Below, in pieces: positions 12,026 to 22,835 of a stretch of DNA of 64,000 nucleotides. The position numbers and the translations under genes were made by a program. The notes beneath the pieces were generated by a model. The model did not search any database. It had not been told where the DNA came from and was given only the letters and a program-made list of their open reading frames with translations. The stretch comes from Rebecca billardiae RCC1528 (taxonomy: Eukaryota; Protista; Haptophyta): positions 2,762,667 to 2,826,666 of the forward strand of contig OZ251230.1 in NCBI GenBank assembly GCA_965240325.2, given 5' to 3'. Every line of letters begins with the position of its first letter. Positions within the stretch are counted from its first letter, which is position 1.

Positions 12026-13087
12026 ATGGCGGTGTCATGGGGCACGGCGGCGCTGGGCACGGCGGCGGCGCTCGCGGCGGCGGCGGCGGCGGCGGTGCGC
12101 CGGCGCAACCGGCTCGCGTTCCGGCTGGCGGAGCACTCCCTGCGCGGCAAGCACGTGGTGATCACCGGCGCCACCAGCGGCATCGGCTACGCGGTCGCCG
12201 AGGGCGCGGCGCGCGCGGGCGCCTCGCTCGTCGTGCTCGGCTGCCGCGACGCGCGCGCGGCGGAGGCGGCGTGCGCGCGCGTGCGCGCGCGCACGGCGCA
12301 CGCGGCGGTGGTGCACGCCCCGCTCGACCTCGCCCACCCCGACTCGGTCCGCGCCTTCGCCGACGCGCTGGGCGGCGAGTCCGGGCTGGCGCGCGGCCGC
12401 GTGGACGTGCTCGTCAACAACGCCGGCGCCATGTTCCACTCGCGCGGCGCGGCGGCGTACGCGGACGCGGCGGGCGTGGCCGGCGCGTGCGAGCGGACGT
12501 ACGCGACCAACTTCGTCGGCCACCTCGCGCTCACCGTGCGCCTGCTGCCCCTCCTCCGCGCCGCGCGCGAGGCGAGCGGTGAGCGCGCGCGCGTCGTGCA
12601 CGTCGGCTCGCGGCTCGAGCGGCGCGCGCCCGCGCTGCCCGCGGGCGCGGACGCGCCGCGCGCGCTGGACGCGCTGGTGGCGCCGGGCGCGTACGAGCCG
12701 TTCCGCGCGTACGCGCTCTCCAAGCTCGCGCAGACCGCGTGCGCGCTCGAGCTCGGCCGCGCGCACGGCGCGTGCGTGCTGAGCGTCGTCGTCTCGCCCG
12801 GCATGGTGGCGACGCGGCTCTCGCGCGACCTGCCGCCCGTGCAGCGCGCGCTCGCGGCGCTGCTCGGGCCGCTGGTGCTGCGCTCGGCGGAGAAGGCGGC
12901 GGAGAGCGTGCTCTACGCGTGCGGCGCGCCGGACGACGGCGCCATCCCCGCGTACGTGCGCGACTGCGCGCCCGAGCCGCCGTCGGCGCAGGCGGCCGAC
13001 CGCGCGCTCGGCGCCGCGCTGTGGGAGGACGCGCTGCGCCGCGCGGGCGAGGGCCCGAGCCCACACCCTCGCCAGCCCCGACCCTAG
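12026..13087 (+). CDS. Short-chain dehydrogenase/reductase (retinol dehydrogenase-like)
   Basis: TGATSGIG nucleotide-binding motif, LDL, NNAG, catalytic YALSK and PGMVAT. N-terminal hydrophobic anchor. Confidence 0.92.
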   Translation: MAVSWGTAALGTAAALAAAAAAAVRRRNRLAFRLAEHSLRGKHVVITGATSGIGYAVAEGAARAGASLVVLGCRDARAAEAACARVRARTAHAAVVHAPLDLAHPDSVRAFADALGGESGLARGRVDVLVNNAGAMFHSRGAAAYADAAGVAGACERTYATNFVGHLALTVRLLPLLRAAREASGERARVVHVGSRLERRAPALPAGADAPRALDALVAPGAYEPFRAYALSKLAQTACALELGRAHGACVLSVVVSPGMVATRLSRDLPPVQRALAALLGPLVLRSAEKAAESVLYACGAPDDGAIPAYVRDCAPEPPSAQAADRALGAALWEDALRRAGEGPSPHPRQPRP

Positions 13088-14020
13088 CCCCGCGCGGCGG
13101 GAGGACGCGCTGCGGCGGCGCGGGCGGCGGCGGCGCGCGCGGCGGCCGCGGGGGCCGGCGGGGAGCCGGGGAGGCGCGGTGGATCGATCGGTGGGCGTCG
13201 CTGGCGGCGCGGGCGGCCAGCCGGCGCCGACCGCCCGCTCGCCCAGGGTGAGGTGCGCCGCGCGCCGCGCGCTCGCGCCCCGCCCGCGGGCCGGCTCGGC
13301 GGCATGGCTGCCTGCGGGCGGCGCTGGCGGAGTGACGCGGCGTGGGCGGCGCGTCATCCGTCATCATCGATCCATCCGCGGCCGCCACTAAAGAGCCACG
13401 TGATGCTGGTACGCTGGCTCCAGTCTCGCACGCCGTCACGCCGTGGACGCATCGGTGATCGGTCTGCGGGCGGTGACGCGATCCGCGGTCGTGTCAGTAC
13501 TGACTACTGTCATCAGTTCAACGGCAACGCGCCGGGGTGATGCCGCCGCATCACGCCGTCTGTTTATTTGATCCGCCGGGATCGGCCCCGGAGTACGTAC
13601 GTACATGTCCATGACAAGACTCTTCAAGATGCATCACATGTCAATCACTACTCATGGACATGGGCCATATGCCCGACCTGCCTCAAGGACAAGACAGTAG
13701 AGTGAAGAGTCTAACTCTAAAGGCGCTACTAAGCGCCGAACAGCTGACGCTGTGCCGTATACTTGTGCTTCGATGGCCGGCTTATCGATAACATCACTAC
13801 AGTATCTTATCTCCTCCGAGACCAAGATGACAATGCAAGGCGGCAAGACGTATCATCCTTGCCCGATCAACATCTGTACCCGCCCGATACTTGTAGATAC
13901 TTGCCTCATGATGCGCGCCTGAAGGCTTGATGTGCGAACTGCGAAGCGCATCGAAGGCTGTGTGTTGAGACGGCCGCTCTCGCAGTGCCCGCGCTTCGGT
14001 CCTCGGGACGCGTCGCGATC

Positions 14021-17000
14021 ATGCCGACGCGTCGCGGCGTCGCGCACGCGGCGCTCGTCGCGGCGGCGCTCGCGCTCGCGGCCCGCCCCGTGGGAGGCGC
14101 CGCGGGCGCGGCCGCGCCGGAGGTGCACGTGCTCGGCCTCTTCCCGCTGAGCGTGCCCGGCGCGCACGGCGCGCAGCTCGCGCGCGCGGCCGAGCTCGCG
14201 GCCGGCCGCGTGTCCGCGTCCGCGGCGCTGCTGAACGGCACGGCGCTGCGCATGCGCGTGCGCGACACGAACGGCTCGGAGGCGCGCGCGCTGGCCGAGG
14301 CGATCGACGCGGACGCCGCCCACCCGCTCCACGCCATCGTCGGCGCGCTCGACGCGGACGTGACGCGCGCGCTCGCCGCGTACGGCGGCGCGCGCGGCGT
14401 GCCGGTGCTGAGCTACGGCGCGAGCGCGCGCGAGCTGAGCGAGCCGGCGGCGCTGCCGCTCTTCGCGCGCGTCGTGCCCTCCGACGCGCTGCAGGCCCGC
14501 GCGCTCGCCGACGCGCTCGTCGGCCACCTCGGCGCGCGCCGGTACGCGCTGCTGCACGGCGCGGACGGCCGCTGGAGCGGCCGCGCCGCGCGGCTCGAGC
14601 TCGCGCTCGGCAGGGCGGGCGCCGAGCTGGGCGCGCGCGCGAGCGTGGAGCGCGGCGCGGACCCGACGGCGGCGCTGGGCGCGCTGCTCAACGCGAACGC
14701 GCGCGTCCTCCTCCTCGTCCTCCCGCCCGCGGACACGCGCGCCGCGCTGCTCGCGCTCGAGGCGGCGCGCGCGCTCGGCCCGCGCGCGCCGCGGCCGCGC
14801 GCGCTCGTGAGCGTGGGCGCGGAGGGGGCGGCGGCGGCGGCGGAGCTGTGGGCGGCGGGGGCGGCGGGCGAGGCCGAGGCGGCGCGGCTGCGCGGCGCCG
14901 CGGAGGGCATGCTCCTCGCCGCGCCCTCCACCGCGCACCGCGCCGCCGAGCCTCCGGCCGCCGCCGCCGCCGCCGCCGAGTTTTGCGAGCGCTGGGACGG
15001 CGACGCGGAGGTGCGGGCGCGCGGCTGGCCGACGTGCGCGGAGGAGGCGGCGGGCGGTCGACGCGTGCCGCCGCTCGTGCCGCACGCGCACGACGCGGTG
15101 CTCGGCGTGGCGCACGCGCTGCACGCCGTGTGCGAGCGCGCGGGCGGGCCGGCCGCGTGCGCCGACGCGCTGCGCGACGGCGGCGCGGTGCACGGCGCGC
15201 TGCTCGGCCTGTGCGCACGCGGCGGCGCCGACGGCGGCGCCGACGGCGCGCCGTGCGTGCGCGGCGCGACGGGCGCGCTGCAGCTCGACGGGCGCGGCGA
15301 CCGCGTCGGCGCGTTCACGCTGCTCGCCGCGCGCGCCGCCGCCGCGGACGGCGCAGCCGGCCTCCGCCTGGAGCCGTGGGGGCGGTGGAGCGCGGGCGGC
15401 GGGTTTGCGAGCGCGCCCGGCTCGGAGCGGTGGGTGCGCTGGCCCGCGTGGGGCGAGGGCGAGGCGGAGGGCGGCGGCACGGGCGCGGACGGCGCGGGCG
15501 CGGGCGGCGGCGCGGCCGGCGGCGAGCCCGACGGCGCGTCGCGCGGCGGCGCCGGCCCCGCCGCGCTCCCCGACGACCTTGGCGAGCGTATCGGGCAGGT
15601 CGCGTTCGTGCTGGGCACGACGCTGGGCATGCTGTTCGCGATGGGGCTGATCTGCGTGTCGCAGGCGCTGCAGCGGCGCGCGCGCGTGCTGCTCGAGGCG
15701 GCGGACCTGCAGCGCAAGGCGGAGCACGAGCGGGTGTCGCGCGCGGTGCACGCCGTCACCTCCGTCTCCTTCTCGGTGTGCTTTGTCTGCTTCCGAGACT
15801 TCCGCCGCATGGGCAGGCTCGTGCCCCACGAGGAGATGCGCGAGGCCGGGCTGATCGTGACGTGCGACACGTACGAGGAGGTGGTGGCGTTTGCGCGCAG
15901 GCACCACTCCGTCTTCATCTCGCACCAGTGGTGCGCGCACCGCCAGCGCGCGCGGCGCGCGCGGCGCCGCCGCGCGCGCTCACGCGCCCTCGCGCGCGCG
16001 CCGCCGCTGGCGCTGTGACGCAACGCATGGCCGGGTGTGGGCGGCGCGTCCCTGCGCCACGCGCCTCTCCAGGCTCGGGCTGGGCGAGCCCGACCCGCAC
16101 TGCGTGCACTTCCCCGCCATCGTCGCGGCGGTGGGCCAGCTCGCAGCGCGGCAGGACATGCGCGAGGAGGACGTCTACATGTGGGTGGACTACTGCTCGA
16201 TCCCGCAGCGCAACCTCACGCTCAAGAGCATCAGCATCGGCTCGCTCGCCGTGTACGCGTCGGTGGTGCGCTACTTTGTGGTGATCGCGCCGCCCGCCAC
16301 GCACGCGGACACGGGCCAGCGCTGCGACACGCGCACGTACCAGCGGAGGGGCTGGTGCCGCCTCCAGCAGTGGGCGCGGTGCGCGCGCACCTCTTGCGCG
16401 CGCCGTGCCCGCGCCCACTGCGCGTCTCATCGCTCCGACTGGCTCTCGCGGACGCTCACCCCGCCGTCGCCTCCCTCGCGCGCGCGTGCGTGTGCGCGCG
16501 CGGCACGCGCGCAGCATGACGTTTGGCGGGCTGCAGCACATGTACGTGTACGACACGCCCGTGCCGGCCGGGCGGCGCAGCCGGCGGCTGACCGCCGAGA
16601 GCGTCGCCGACGCGCCGCCGCCCCTGCCGGCGCAGCGTTGCAGCGGCCTGCGCTCGATCCGCAACGAGCCGCAGTGGTACCACGACTCGATCGCCGTGTT
16701 CGAGGGCGAGTTCACGCTCGAGTCGGACAAGCCCAAGCTGGTGGACGCGGTGCTCGGGCTGTGGGCGCTCGCGCTGCACTACCAGCACCGGCCGGAGCAG
16801 CGCCGGATCGTCGAGCTCGTGCGCGCGCACCGCGAGGCCGTCTTCCCCGCACAATTCTTCGGCTCGCTCGTGGGCCTGCTCGAGCGGCGCATGCGCGAGG
16901 AGGGCTCGGACGCGCTGATCACGGCCAACGTGCAGCGGCGCGCGTCGTCCGTGCTGCCGCCCTCGCCCGCGCAGCAGCTCCACCGCTTCGGCGCGCACCA

Positions 17001-17754
17001 CGGCCGGCGCCGCCCGCTCGACCTCGCGGACGCCGTCGACGGCGAGGACGACGGCGGCGCCGCGCCGCGCCGGCTCTCCGACGCCTCGCGCCGCTCCAGC
17101 TCGGACGCGGACGCGGAGGGCGGGGCGGAGGCGGAGGCCTCGGGGTGGGAGCGGCAGCCGCACGCGCACGGCACGCCGCTGCGGCTCGCGAGCGCGCCGC
17201 TGGCGCTGCTGCCCTCGCCGATGCGGCGCGCGCGCAGGCGGCTCTTCTCCTACACGGCGGAGGAGCAGGGCGGCGAGCGAGCCACGGCCGTCGACGACGA
17301 GCCCGACCCCGAGCTCGGCCACGCGAGGCCAGCGGCGCCGGCGGCGTGCGGCGGCGTGCGCGCGGCGCCGTCGAGCGCCGCCTCGCCCGCGGCCGCGCGC
17401 CGGCGCAAGGGCGGCCGCGTCGCGCCCGGCTGCTCGCCCGGCGCGCGCCGGCGCGCCGAGACGGTCAACGTCGCGTCGATCGCGTCGCTCACGTCGGCGC
17501 CCGCCGAGCGCGCCGACGGCGGCCGCCCGGCCGGCGGGGCCGGCGGCGGGGCGTGGGCGCCGCTCGCGTCGCTGGGCGAGCGCGCCTCCGGCCGCGGCTC
17601 GTCGGGCGGCGAGACGACGCTCGGCGACGCGGCCGAGCGCGCGCGCGCCACGCTCGCGGCGGAGGCCGGCGCCGGCGGTGCTGACGAGGCCGAGCTGGGC
17701 GCGTGCGCCGAGAGCAGCAGCACGAGCTCCAGCCTCGCCGAGGTGGTAGTCTGA
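14021..17754 (+). CDS. Single-pass receptor: signal peptide + periplasmic-binding/ANF-receptor-like ectodomain + TM + HET-like cytoplasmic domain; exons 14021-15930, 16073-16378, 16515-17754
   Basis: Ectodomain motifs VLGLFPLS, AIVG, VPVLSYGASARELS, FARVVPSDALQA, AHDAV and GATGALQLDGRGDR. TM segment VAFVLGTTLGMLFAMGLICV. Splicing restores FISHQWLGLGEPDP, MWVDYCSIPQ and YQRRGWCRL. Confidence 0.85.
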
Positions 17755-17775
17755 CTACAGCAGCACTACTGCGCT

Positions 17776-17816
17776 ATATACACACACACACACACACATG
17801 CATGCATATATATATA
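17776..17816. repeat. (CA)n/(TA)n microsatellite
   Basis: Visible cacacaca and tatata runs between convergent genes. Confidence 0.85.
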
Positions 17817-18027
17817 CGCCGCCGTGTGATGACATGATGCTGCGCACGTACCTTACATGCAGCAGATATATGCTAGCTGCATGCGCGTACGTACGACGCC
17901 GTGCGCCATTATAATTCAGATTCGGACTTATCGGAAACGTGCGTCCGCGCCACCGGCCGCTCGTGGCCCGGCGAATGCAGTTGTGATGCGCGCGCGCGAG
18001 CGCTTCCGCCCGGCGGGCAGCCGCGCT

Positions 18028-18645
18028 CTAGTCGTCCACGACATCGACGTCGATCACCCCGCCCGGCCCGTCGGCCGCGCCCGGCACCGCGTCGTGCGCG
18101 AACGCGGCCTCGGCGGCGAGCGCAGGCGGCGAGAGCGACGGGCGCACGCGGTCCGCGCCCATCACGCCCGCGCTCTGGAAGACGATGACAAACTCCTTCT
18201 CGGGGTCGTACTCTTTGATGCGCGTCTCGATCGCCGCGTACCCCTCGCCGTCCTCGCCCGCCGACGCCGTCAGCTTGGAGAGCGGCACGTACATGCCGGC
18301 GACGTCGCCCGACTTGCCGCCCGCGCTCGCGTCGTCGTTCACAAAGATGGCGCCGCGGCCCATCTGCTCGAAGCCCTTCCACGAGAGCGTGGCCCAGCGC
18401 TTGCCGCGCTCGCGCACGGCCGCCTGGTACGCGCGCTCCCACGCGCCGCCCGAAGTCTCCGCCGCCTGCGCGCGGACGGCCGCGCGCCGCGCGATCGGCG
18501 ACCGCGCGGCCGCCGCCGGCCGCGCAAGCGGGCGCGCGCAGCCGAGCGCCGAGGCGAGGCGGGAGGCGGCGAGCGGCGGCGCGTGCGAGCCCGCAACGGC
18601 GGCGGCGAGGAGCGCGGCGGCGCACGCGCGCGCGCGGGTGGGCAT
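18028..18645 (-). CDS. Hypothetical protein with bipartite (signal + transit-like) leader, probably plastid-targeted
   Basis: Hydrophobic leader, then an Arg/Ala/Ser-rich stretch. Mature region SWKGFEQMGRGAIFV...IKEYDPEKEFVIVF. Confidence 0.75.
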   Translation of the reverse strand: MPTRARACAAALLAAAVAGSHAPPLAASRLASALGCARPLARPAAAARSPIARRAAVRAQAAETSGGAWERAYQAAVRERGKRWATLSWKGFEQMGRGAIFVNDDASAGGKSGDVAGMYVPLSKLTASAGEDGEGYAAIETRIKEYDPEKEFVIVFQSAGVMGADRVRPSLSPPALAAEAAFAHDAVPGAADGPGGVIDVDVVDD

Positions 18646-19599
18646 GGCGGCGCTGCTGCGCGGTGGGCACGTGCGGCCGGCCTTCGGCTGCGCTCTCAGC
18701 TCGCGGTCCAGTGACGACTTCGACTGGCTGCTGGGCGCAATAACCGCGCGCGTCGCGCTCCGCCTTATGGCGGTCCGGTGTTTACGTTGGGCGGCTGCCT
18801 AGCTTGCCTGGGGCCGCCAGACGTCACGGGGGGCCGGGCGGCGAGACAGCGCCCGCCCCCACGCGGACGCTGACTCAAGCCGCACCCTGCCCCGGCGCGG
18901 CGATCCAACGCCGAGGGAGGGCGGGCGGGAGGCGGAGGAGCGCAGCTGGTTGTCCGTGCGGCTGCTCGGCGCCAAGCGTGGCCCGTCGGCTGGGTTTGGT
19001 AGTCGGGCGGCGGTCCGGTCGGCTGTCGGGCAGGGCGAGGTGCGCCGTGCGGTCGGGCGGGAAAGCGGACGGCTGCTGGGCGAAACTCGCTCCTGTTCGC
19101 CAAAGCCGGTCACTGCCCGTCAACTCCCGGCGCGCGCTCACTTTTCTGCGGTCCGCGCCAAAAGCGAGCTGCCACACGCTCGGAACGCTGTCCGGGGGCG
19201 CGCTGCGAGCTCCGAGCTCCGAGCCCGTCCGGGCGGGGGTGCGGTCGGAGGGGCGCTGGAGGAGGGTATCGGGCGGCGGCGAAGCGGCGCCGGCAGTCAT
19301 AACGCGATAACCGCCGCAGACTGCCAAACCCGCCACTCCCGTCGCGTCGGCCATCGCCCCATAACCGCGCGCGTCGCGCTCCGCCTTATGGCGGTCCGGT
19401 GTTTACGTTGGGCGGCTGCCTAGCTTGCCTGGGGCCGCCAGACGTCACGGGGGGCCGGGCGGCGAGACAGCGCCCGCCCACAGGGGCGCAGCGCCAGGCG
19501 CCACGCCGGCATGGGCGGCGTCGGCCGGCGCGGTCGAGGCCAGGCCCGGCCCCGACCCCCAGAGACGCTGCGCCCGGCCACGCCCCGACGCACGCCGTC

Positions 19600-21060
19600 A
19601 GCGCCAAGCGCGTGCCGTCGGGCGGGGCAGCTCCCGGGAAGTACGTGCGGGGCGCAGGCCCCGCCCACCGCCCCGCAGCGGTGATCTCGGCCGCGGGAAG
19701 CCCCAGGAACGGCCAGCGTCGCCACGGCCGAGCGTCGAACCGAGTTGGCGCCAACACACGTTGTGGGAGCCCCAGCGCCCGACACTCATCGTGCAGCCAC
19801 GCCAGATACGCCGCGCGAAAGCCTCGCACGCGCGCCAACCCGCCCGGTGTCGGCCGTCGACGGCGGGCAGCACCCCGAGCTCCGCGAAGCGACGTCCAGC
19901 CAGCGTGCGTAGCCCTGAATCGCCATGCGCCCCTTGGACCTTGGACGCGAAGGGCGAAGCGCCGAAGCCCGCTGTCCGGCTGTGGCAAACCGCCGGGCCG
20001 CCTGCGCTGTGGGAGCGATGGCGGCCGGTGGAAGCGGCGGGGAGTAGGCGACGCACGCCGCGCGAACGAGGACGGTCGCGCGGCACGCGAGCGACGGCGG
20101 ACGCGCCGCGGATGATCGGCGCGCACGCATGACGATCGGCGCATGATGATCGGCGCGCGCGCATGATCGGCGCATGATGATCGGCGCGCGCGCATGATGA
20201 TCGGCGCGCGCGCATGATGATCGGCGCGCGCGCATGATGATCGGCGCATGATGATCGGCGCGGGCGCATGATCGGCGCATGATCGGCGCATGATGATCGG
20301 CGCGCGCGCGTGATCGGCGCATGATGATCGGCGCGGGCGCATGATCGGCGCATGATCGGCGCGTGATGATCGGCGCGCGCGCATGATCGGCGCATGATCG
20401 GCGCATGATGATCGGCGCGGGCGCATGATCGGCGCATGATCGGCGCATGATCGGCGCATGATCGGCGCATGATCGGCGCATGATGATCGGCGCGCGCGCA
20501 TGATCGGCGCATGATGATCGGCGCGGGCGCATGATCGGCGCATGATCGGCGCATGATCGGCGCATGATGATCGGCGCGCGCGCATGATCGGCGCATGATG
20601 ATCGGCGCGGGCGCATGATCGGCGCATGATCGGCGCATGATCGGCGCATGATCGGCGCATGATCGGCGCATGATGATCGGCGCGCGCGCATGATCGGCGC
20701 ATGATGATCGGCGCGCGCGCATGATGATCGGCGCATGACGATCGGCGCGCGCGCATGATCGGCGCAAGATGACCGGCGCGCGCGCATGATGATCGGCGCG
20801 CGCGCATGATGATCGGCGTGCGCGCGTGATGATCGGCGCGCGCGCATGATGCTCGGCGCATGTTGACCGGCGCGCGCGCATGATGAGCGGCGCGGACGGT
20901 GGCGCGCGGCGCCGCCACCCGCCGCCGCGGCGTCGAAGGCAGCAGCAGCGAACGCCGATGGTTCTTGGCTGGGCCAGGCGAGCATGCCGGGGGCACGCAG
21001 CAGGCGTGCACGATCGGCACTAGCAGGGTCAAGGGGCAGGTCGGCCGGCTGAGTCAGCAC
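19600..21060 (-). pseudogene. Disrupted tyrosine recombinase of the retrotransposon
   Basis: C-terminal LGLPAAEITAAGRWAGPAPRTYF matches the DIRS YR G-R-W..Y motif. The H-x-x-R box is not readable in frame and the middle is occupied by a minisatellite. Confidence 0.7.
20110..20890. repeat. Irregular minisatellite of GATCGGCGCAT / GATGATCGGCGCGCGCGCAT units
   Basis: About 780 bp of interleaved 11-20-bp variants of the same core. Confidence 0.95.
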
Positions 21061-21104
21061 TGCTGACCCGCCCCGCTGGCTGCTGAGCGGCGGCGACCGG
21101 GCGT

Positions 21105-22835
21105 TCAGGGCAGGCCGTGCTGATCGCCGGCCGCCGCGAAGGACGCGGCGGCCTCATCCCGGAGCTCGGGCCAGTACTCGGGAAGCGCCGCGCGGAAGCA
21201 CCGGCTGATTGCGTCCGCCACCCGATTGCGCGCCCCAGGCACATGCTTGCAGAGCAGCGTGCTGGATGTCTCCGCCGCGAGCAGGGCGAGGTCTTGCAGC
21301 AGGCAGTTGAGCACCGGTCGGTGGGGCACAGACATGCGCGACAGCCACGCCACGGATGCAGAGTTATCACACAGTAAGAGGAGGTGCACAGCGGAGCGGC
21401 CGGCGAGCCAGCGCAAGCCGGCGAGCAGGACGCACAAGCACTCGAGCTCGTTGATGTCCCACGCCTCGCCGGCCGGCACGAAGGCGCGCAGGTCCCACGC
21501 GGCGACATGGCCCGCCGACGACGCCGCCCCACCGCGCCCCGTGGAGAGGGCGGCGTCCGTGGCCACCGCCAGCCGCTCCGAGGGTCGCACGTACAGCTGC
21601 CGCCGACACGAGCCCCGCTCGAGCAGCCGCGCGAAGAAAGCGCACTCGCGCGGCAGCAGCACCCCCAGGGGCGCCACGAGGGTGCCGGACGCAGCGAACG
21701 CATCGTGCCGCGCATAGAGGAGGTCGAGGAAGGGGCGGATGAACGGGCGAACCGCGGGCTGTATCCGAGCGATCCAGCCGAGCTTGCCGATGAGCGAGCT
21801 GAGCTCCGGGCGCGTCACGCGGCTGCCGAGCAGCGTGAGCAGCGCCGGGAACCACTTGGCGCGCTTCCGCTCGGGTAGAGACACCGAGCCCTGGACCGCG
21901 TCAATGACGACGCCAAGCAGCTCGATGTGCTGGCATGCGGGCACGATCTTGGTCGGCTTGGCCGACGGCGGCAGACCCGCGGCGCGCAGCGTCGAGCAGT
22001 AGAGCTGGAATGCCCGATCGAGGTCCCCCCGGTGCGAGCTCCACCCGAAACCGTCATCGACAAAATTCTTGAGCTTGAAGCGCAGCTCCCCCGACCAGCG
22101 CGCCACGAACGCGTGCCGCAGCAGATCTGAGAGCCGGCAAAACAGGAACGGCGCGGACGCGGCGCCGAAGGGGAGCGAGGTGTACACGTAGTAGGCGCCC
22201 TCCCACCAAATGCAGAGCAGCCACAGATCCTCCGGGCGCACGGCGACGCGCGTGTATGCCGCGTCGATGTCCACCTTGAAGATCCAGGTGCCGGGGGTCA
22301 GATCGGCCAGGAGCTCGTCCAGCGACTCAAAGGTGAACCGCGGCGCGCGGATGTCGGCGTTCACGCCCGAGGCCGTCATGTCCACGATGAGGCGGAAGTC
22401 GTCCTCGTCCTTCGGTACGCAACCGAGCGGCGACACCGCCACTGGCCGCGGCAGGGGCCGGCCGCCGCGCGCCGGCCCCGCCAGCACGCCCGATGACACA
22501 TACTCGGCGAGCCGCGCGCGCACAAACTCGGGCTGCGCCAGCGAGGAACGGTGGTTGGGACGGAACCGCGACACGCGCGCGCCGCGGTAGAGCAGATCGA
22601 CGCCGTCACGCAGCTCCACGGACAGGTCAACGCCGGTGAAGGCATGGATGAAGGACGCCAGCGCCACGTAGTTGCGCTGCATGGCGTTGGGCACGAGACT
22701 GTGTGCGAGGTCAGCGCGCAGGCCGGTGCGCGCGACCATCTCGGCGGAGGTGATGGGCGGGCGAGTCATAGCGAGCGGCGCGCCGCGGAACGCGGCGGGC
22801 ACCGACAGGGGATCTCGTCGCGCGCCCACCGCCTC
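21105..22835 (-). CDS. Reverse transcriptase + RNase H of the DIRS/Ngaro element
   Basis: RT motifs PLGCVPK, FRLIVD, KVDIDAAY, LPFGAASAP, FVDD and LLGV. RNase H motifs ATDAA, INELE, CDN and NRVADAISR. The frame is intact. Confidence 0.95.
   Translation of the reverse strand, partial: EAVGARRDPLSVPAAFRGAPLAMTRPPITSAEMVARTGLRADLAHSLVPNAMQRNYVALASFIHAFTGVDLSVELRDGVDLLYRGARVSRFRPNHRSSLAQPEFVRARLAEYVSSGVLAGPARGGRPLPRPVAVSPLGCVPKDEDDFRLIVDMTASGVNADIRAPRFTFESLDELLADLTPGTWIFKVDIDAAYTRVAVRPEDLWLLCIWWEGAYYVYTSLPFGAASAPFLFCRLSDLLRHAFVARWSGELRFKLKNFVDDGFGWSSHRGDLDRAFQLYCSTLRAAGLPPSAKPTKIVPACQHIELLGVVIDAVQGSVSLPERKRAKWFPALLTLLGSRVTRPELSSLIGKLGWIARIQPAVRPFIRPFLDLLYARHDAFAASGTLVAPLGVLLPRECAFFARLLERGSCRRQLYVRPSERLAVATDAALSTGRGGAASSAGHVAAWDLRAFVPAGEAWDINELECLCVLLAGLRWLAGRSAVHLLLLCDNSASVAWLSRMSVPHRPVLNCLLQDLALLAAETSSTLLCKHVPGARNRVADAISRCFRAALPEYWPELRDEAAASFAAAGDQHGLP

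Noticed and set aside
18740-19479. Terminal repeats as LTRs of a Gypsy/Copia element
   Set aside because: The A1-B1-A2-B2 layout, absence of integrase, protease and TSD, and the YR remnant indicate the DIRS order.
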